In this document: piece after piece, positions 61,915 to 64,000 of the stretch | How the letters are laid out: each line of letters starts with the position of its first letter | How positions within the stretch are numbered: position 1 is the first letter of the stretch | NCBI GenBank assembly: GCA_964016885.1 | Contig: OZ024745.1 | Span: forward strand, 124,124,001 to 124,188,000 | Direction of reading: 5' to 3' | Length of the DNA stretch: 64,000 nucleotides | Source: Eledone cirrhosa | Lineage: Eukaryota | The notes under the pieces: generated by a model | What the model was told of the DNA's origin: nothing | Seen by the model: only the letters and a program-made list of their open reading frames with translations | Database searches by the model: none | Program-made: the position numbers and the translations under genes

Positions 61915-63127
61915 TCATCATCATCATCATCATCACCGTTTTACGTCCGTTCTTCCACGCTAGCATGGGTTAGACGGGTTGTCGTGTTGTGGGCTGACCA
62001 TGCCTTGCTCATACAGGAACTGATTTGGCTTGATTTCTACAGCTGGATGCCCTTCCTAACACCAACCTCATTTACAGTGAGTGCTGGGTGCTTTTCCGTG
62101 GCGCCTACACGTCCACTTTACAGTGTGGGCTGGGTGCTTTTTTGCCGTGGTACCTCCACGACCACATTGCAGTGGGCGGTGTGGGGGCATATTGTCTATA
62201 TGCTTCAGCTTGTACCCATGGGAGGTCGGGTACTCTGTATTACTGCGTGACGCCAGAAGTCACAATCGTGTGTCATTGTCTTTGAGAGGTGTAATTGGGT
62301 AAGGTCGGCTTTTATCACCTCATTCCAGGTCATCTTGGGTCTCCCCACTCCGCGGTTTCCATCAACTTCTAGTGCTCTGCACCTTTTTATGCAGCTGTCA
62401 TCCTTCATACGCATCACATGTCCATACCAGCGCAACCGCCTCTCCTGCACACAGCATTTGATTCCTCTTATGCTCAGTCTCTCTCTCAATTCATTTATGC
62501 TTTGTCGTTCGCGTATATTACTGTTACACATCCATCAGAGCATGCAGGCTTTGTTTCTCTCTAATCTATGTAAGTCTTCCACCTTCAGCGCCAGGTCTCA
62601 CTACCATGCAACATCGCTGTTCGGATACACGCATCATACAGTCTGCCTTTCATTCTGAGGGAGAAGCCTTTTGCAGCTAGCAGTAGTAGTTCCCTAAACT
62701 TCTTCCATCCCGTTCTTACCCTAGTTATTGTATTTTCTGAACACCCACCTCCGCTGCTAATTCGGTCACCTAGGTAGCAGAAGCTGTCTACTGTTTCTAC
62801 AGGGCCCTCCCAGAGATTGGTGGTACTTGTTTCCTGTGGCTGTTTGCTGCTTGCTGTCCCAGCACAGCTGCTGCATGTGAATCCTACATTCTTAATTAAG
62901 CTTCCTGAGATCCCGCTACATCTCTTGTGTACCCATTGTTTGCATTTGGGGCAGAGAATGGAGTTCCTACCTACACCTTTCCTACATACTGAGCAAGGTC
63001 ATTTCCCTGAGGGGATCTGGGTTCTGTTTTCTCATCTACTTACAAGGACCTTAGTCTTTGTCATGTTGACTTTGAGACCCTTTCTTTCTAGTCCCTGGTT
63101 CCAAGTTTGGAATTTATTCTCTAGTTC
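61915..63127 (-). mobile_element. RTE-clade LINE (family B), 5'-truncated, with PHD-like finger and 3'UTR
   Basis: GLKVNMTKTKVL..PCSVCRKGVGRNSILCPKCKQWVHKRCSG..FTCSSC..DSFCYLGD..RRLRWYGHVMRM..GRPKMTW, then 3'UTR and (GAT)n. Confidence 0.92.
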
Positions 63128-63182
63128 TATATATATATATGTATGTGTGTATATGTGTATATATAATATATCTTTATATAAT

Positions 63183-63486
63183 ATCATTTCATCATTTCAT
63201 TTTACATCTGCTTTTCCCTGCTTGCAAGGGTGGGATGGGAACTGATTCTGGCTTGATTTCTACAGCTGGATGCCCTTCCTAACACCAACCTCATTTACAG
63301 TGAGTGCTGGGTGCTTTTTTGCCATGGCACCTCCACGACCACTTTCATTTCTACAGCTGAGTAAACTGGAGCAATGTAAAATAAAGTGTCTTGCTCAAGG
63401 TAAGAACACATCACCCGGTCTGAGAATTGAACTCACAACCTTTCGATTGCAAGGCCAATGCTCTAAACTCTAAGCCATGTGCCTCC
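63183..63486 (-). mobile_element. CORE-like tRNA SINE with RTE-A type tail
   Basis: Same structure as 12031-12376. Confidence 0.85.
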
Positions 63487-64000
63487 ATATATGTATTATA
63501 AATCTGTATGAATACATTTGCGTATTTGTGTGGTTATCTGTGAATATATAGAAATAGTTCAGCATATTTGTCACCATATTTTGTGTGTCTATGCCCAATA
63601 CATTATACCACTATATACAAGTCTATAAATGATGATATGAAGATAGACTCACGTCAAAGCAGACAAACAAGTAAATTCTGAGATATATGAAGACAGAATT
63701 ATTTTTTAATAGAATTTTCTTTCTTGAGATTTAGAGAAATATGATATTATTTCACAACTAATGAATAATTTATTTTCATGAAATCTTGTAGCTCCAGGGA
63801 TGGGTTTGTTGTCATGAAATAATCTTGTGGGGAAATTATAAGTAATATTATATTTGTGATAATTATTAGCTGAGGATTTGGGAATTTATATAAATAAGGC
63901 AAATCCTAAAGGTTGACCAATGCAAATAAAAAGCATATTAAATAAGCTTTATATTATCTTATGTTCAGATGATGAAAATAGTGTAATGAAAAAAAGTTAT

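Overview
AT-rich, CpG-poor eukaryotic DNA, dense in microsatellites. The SINE/RTE/Penelope repeat landscape resembles a cephalopod (octopus-type) genome; this is an inference. No prokaryotic features, and no complete gene I can name. Nearly all long ORFs in the track are artefacts of tandem repeats. The window is a mosaic of: tRNA-derived SINEs (a CORE-like and a Meta/Sauria-core-like family); fragments of RTE, Vingi-like, Dong/R4-like and Penelope retroelements; a Ty3/Gypsy RT remnant; Helitron pieces; hAT, piggyBac, pogo-like and mariner non-autonomous DNA elements; four minisatellite arrays, two of them visibly born inside transposons; a decayed tRNA-Asp; and a few candidate exons (best: two phase-compatible minus-strand exons at 59.6 and 60.9 kb). 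The most interesting signal is a dispersed set of type-I hammerhead ribozyme modules: 6 with intact core and stems, plus about 8 degenerate or half copies. Most lie inside (TA)n tracts, often as fold-back dimers, and most share a second conserved downstream hairpin. One lies downstream of a Penelope GIY-YIG endonuclease remnant on the same strand. All calls were made by eye; coordinates of degraded elements are approximate.
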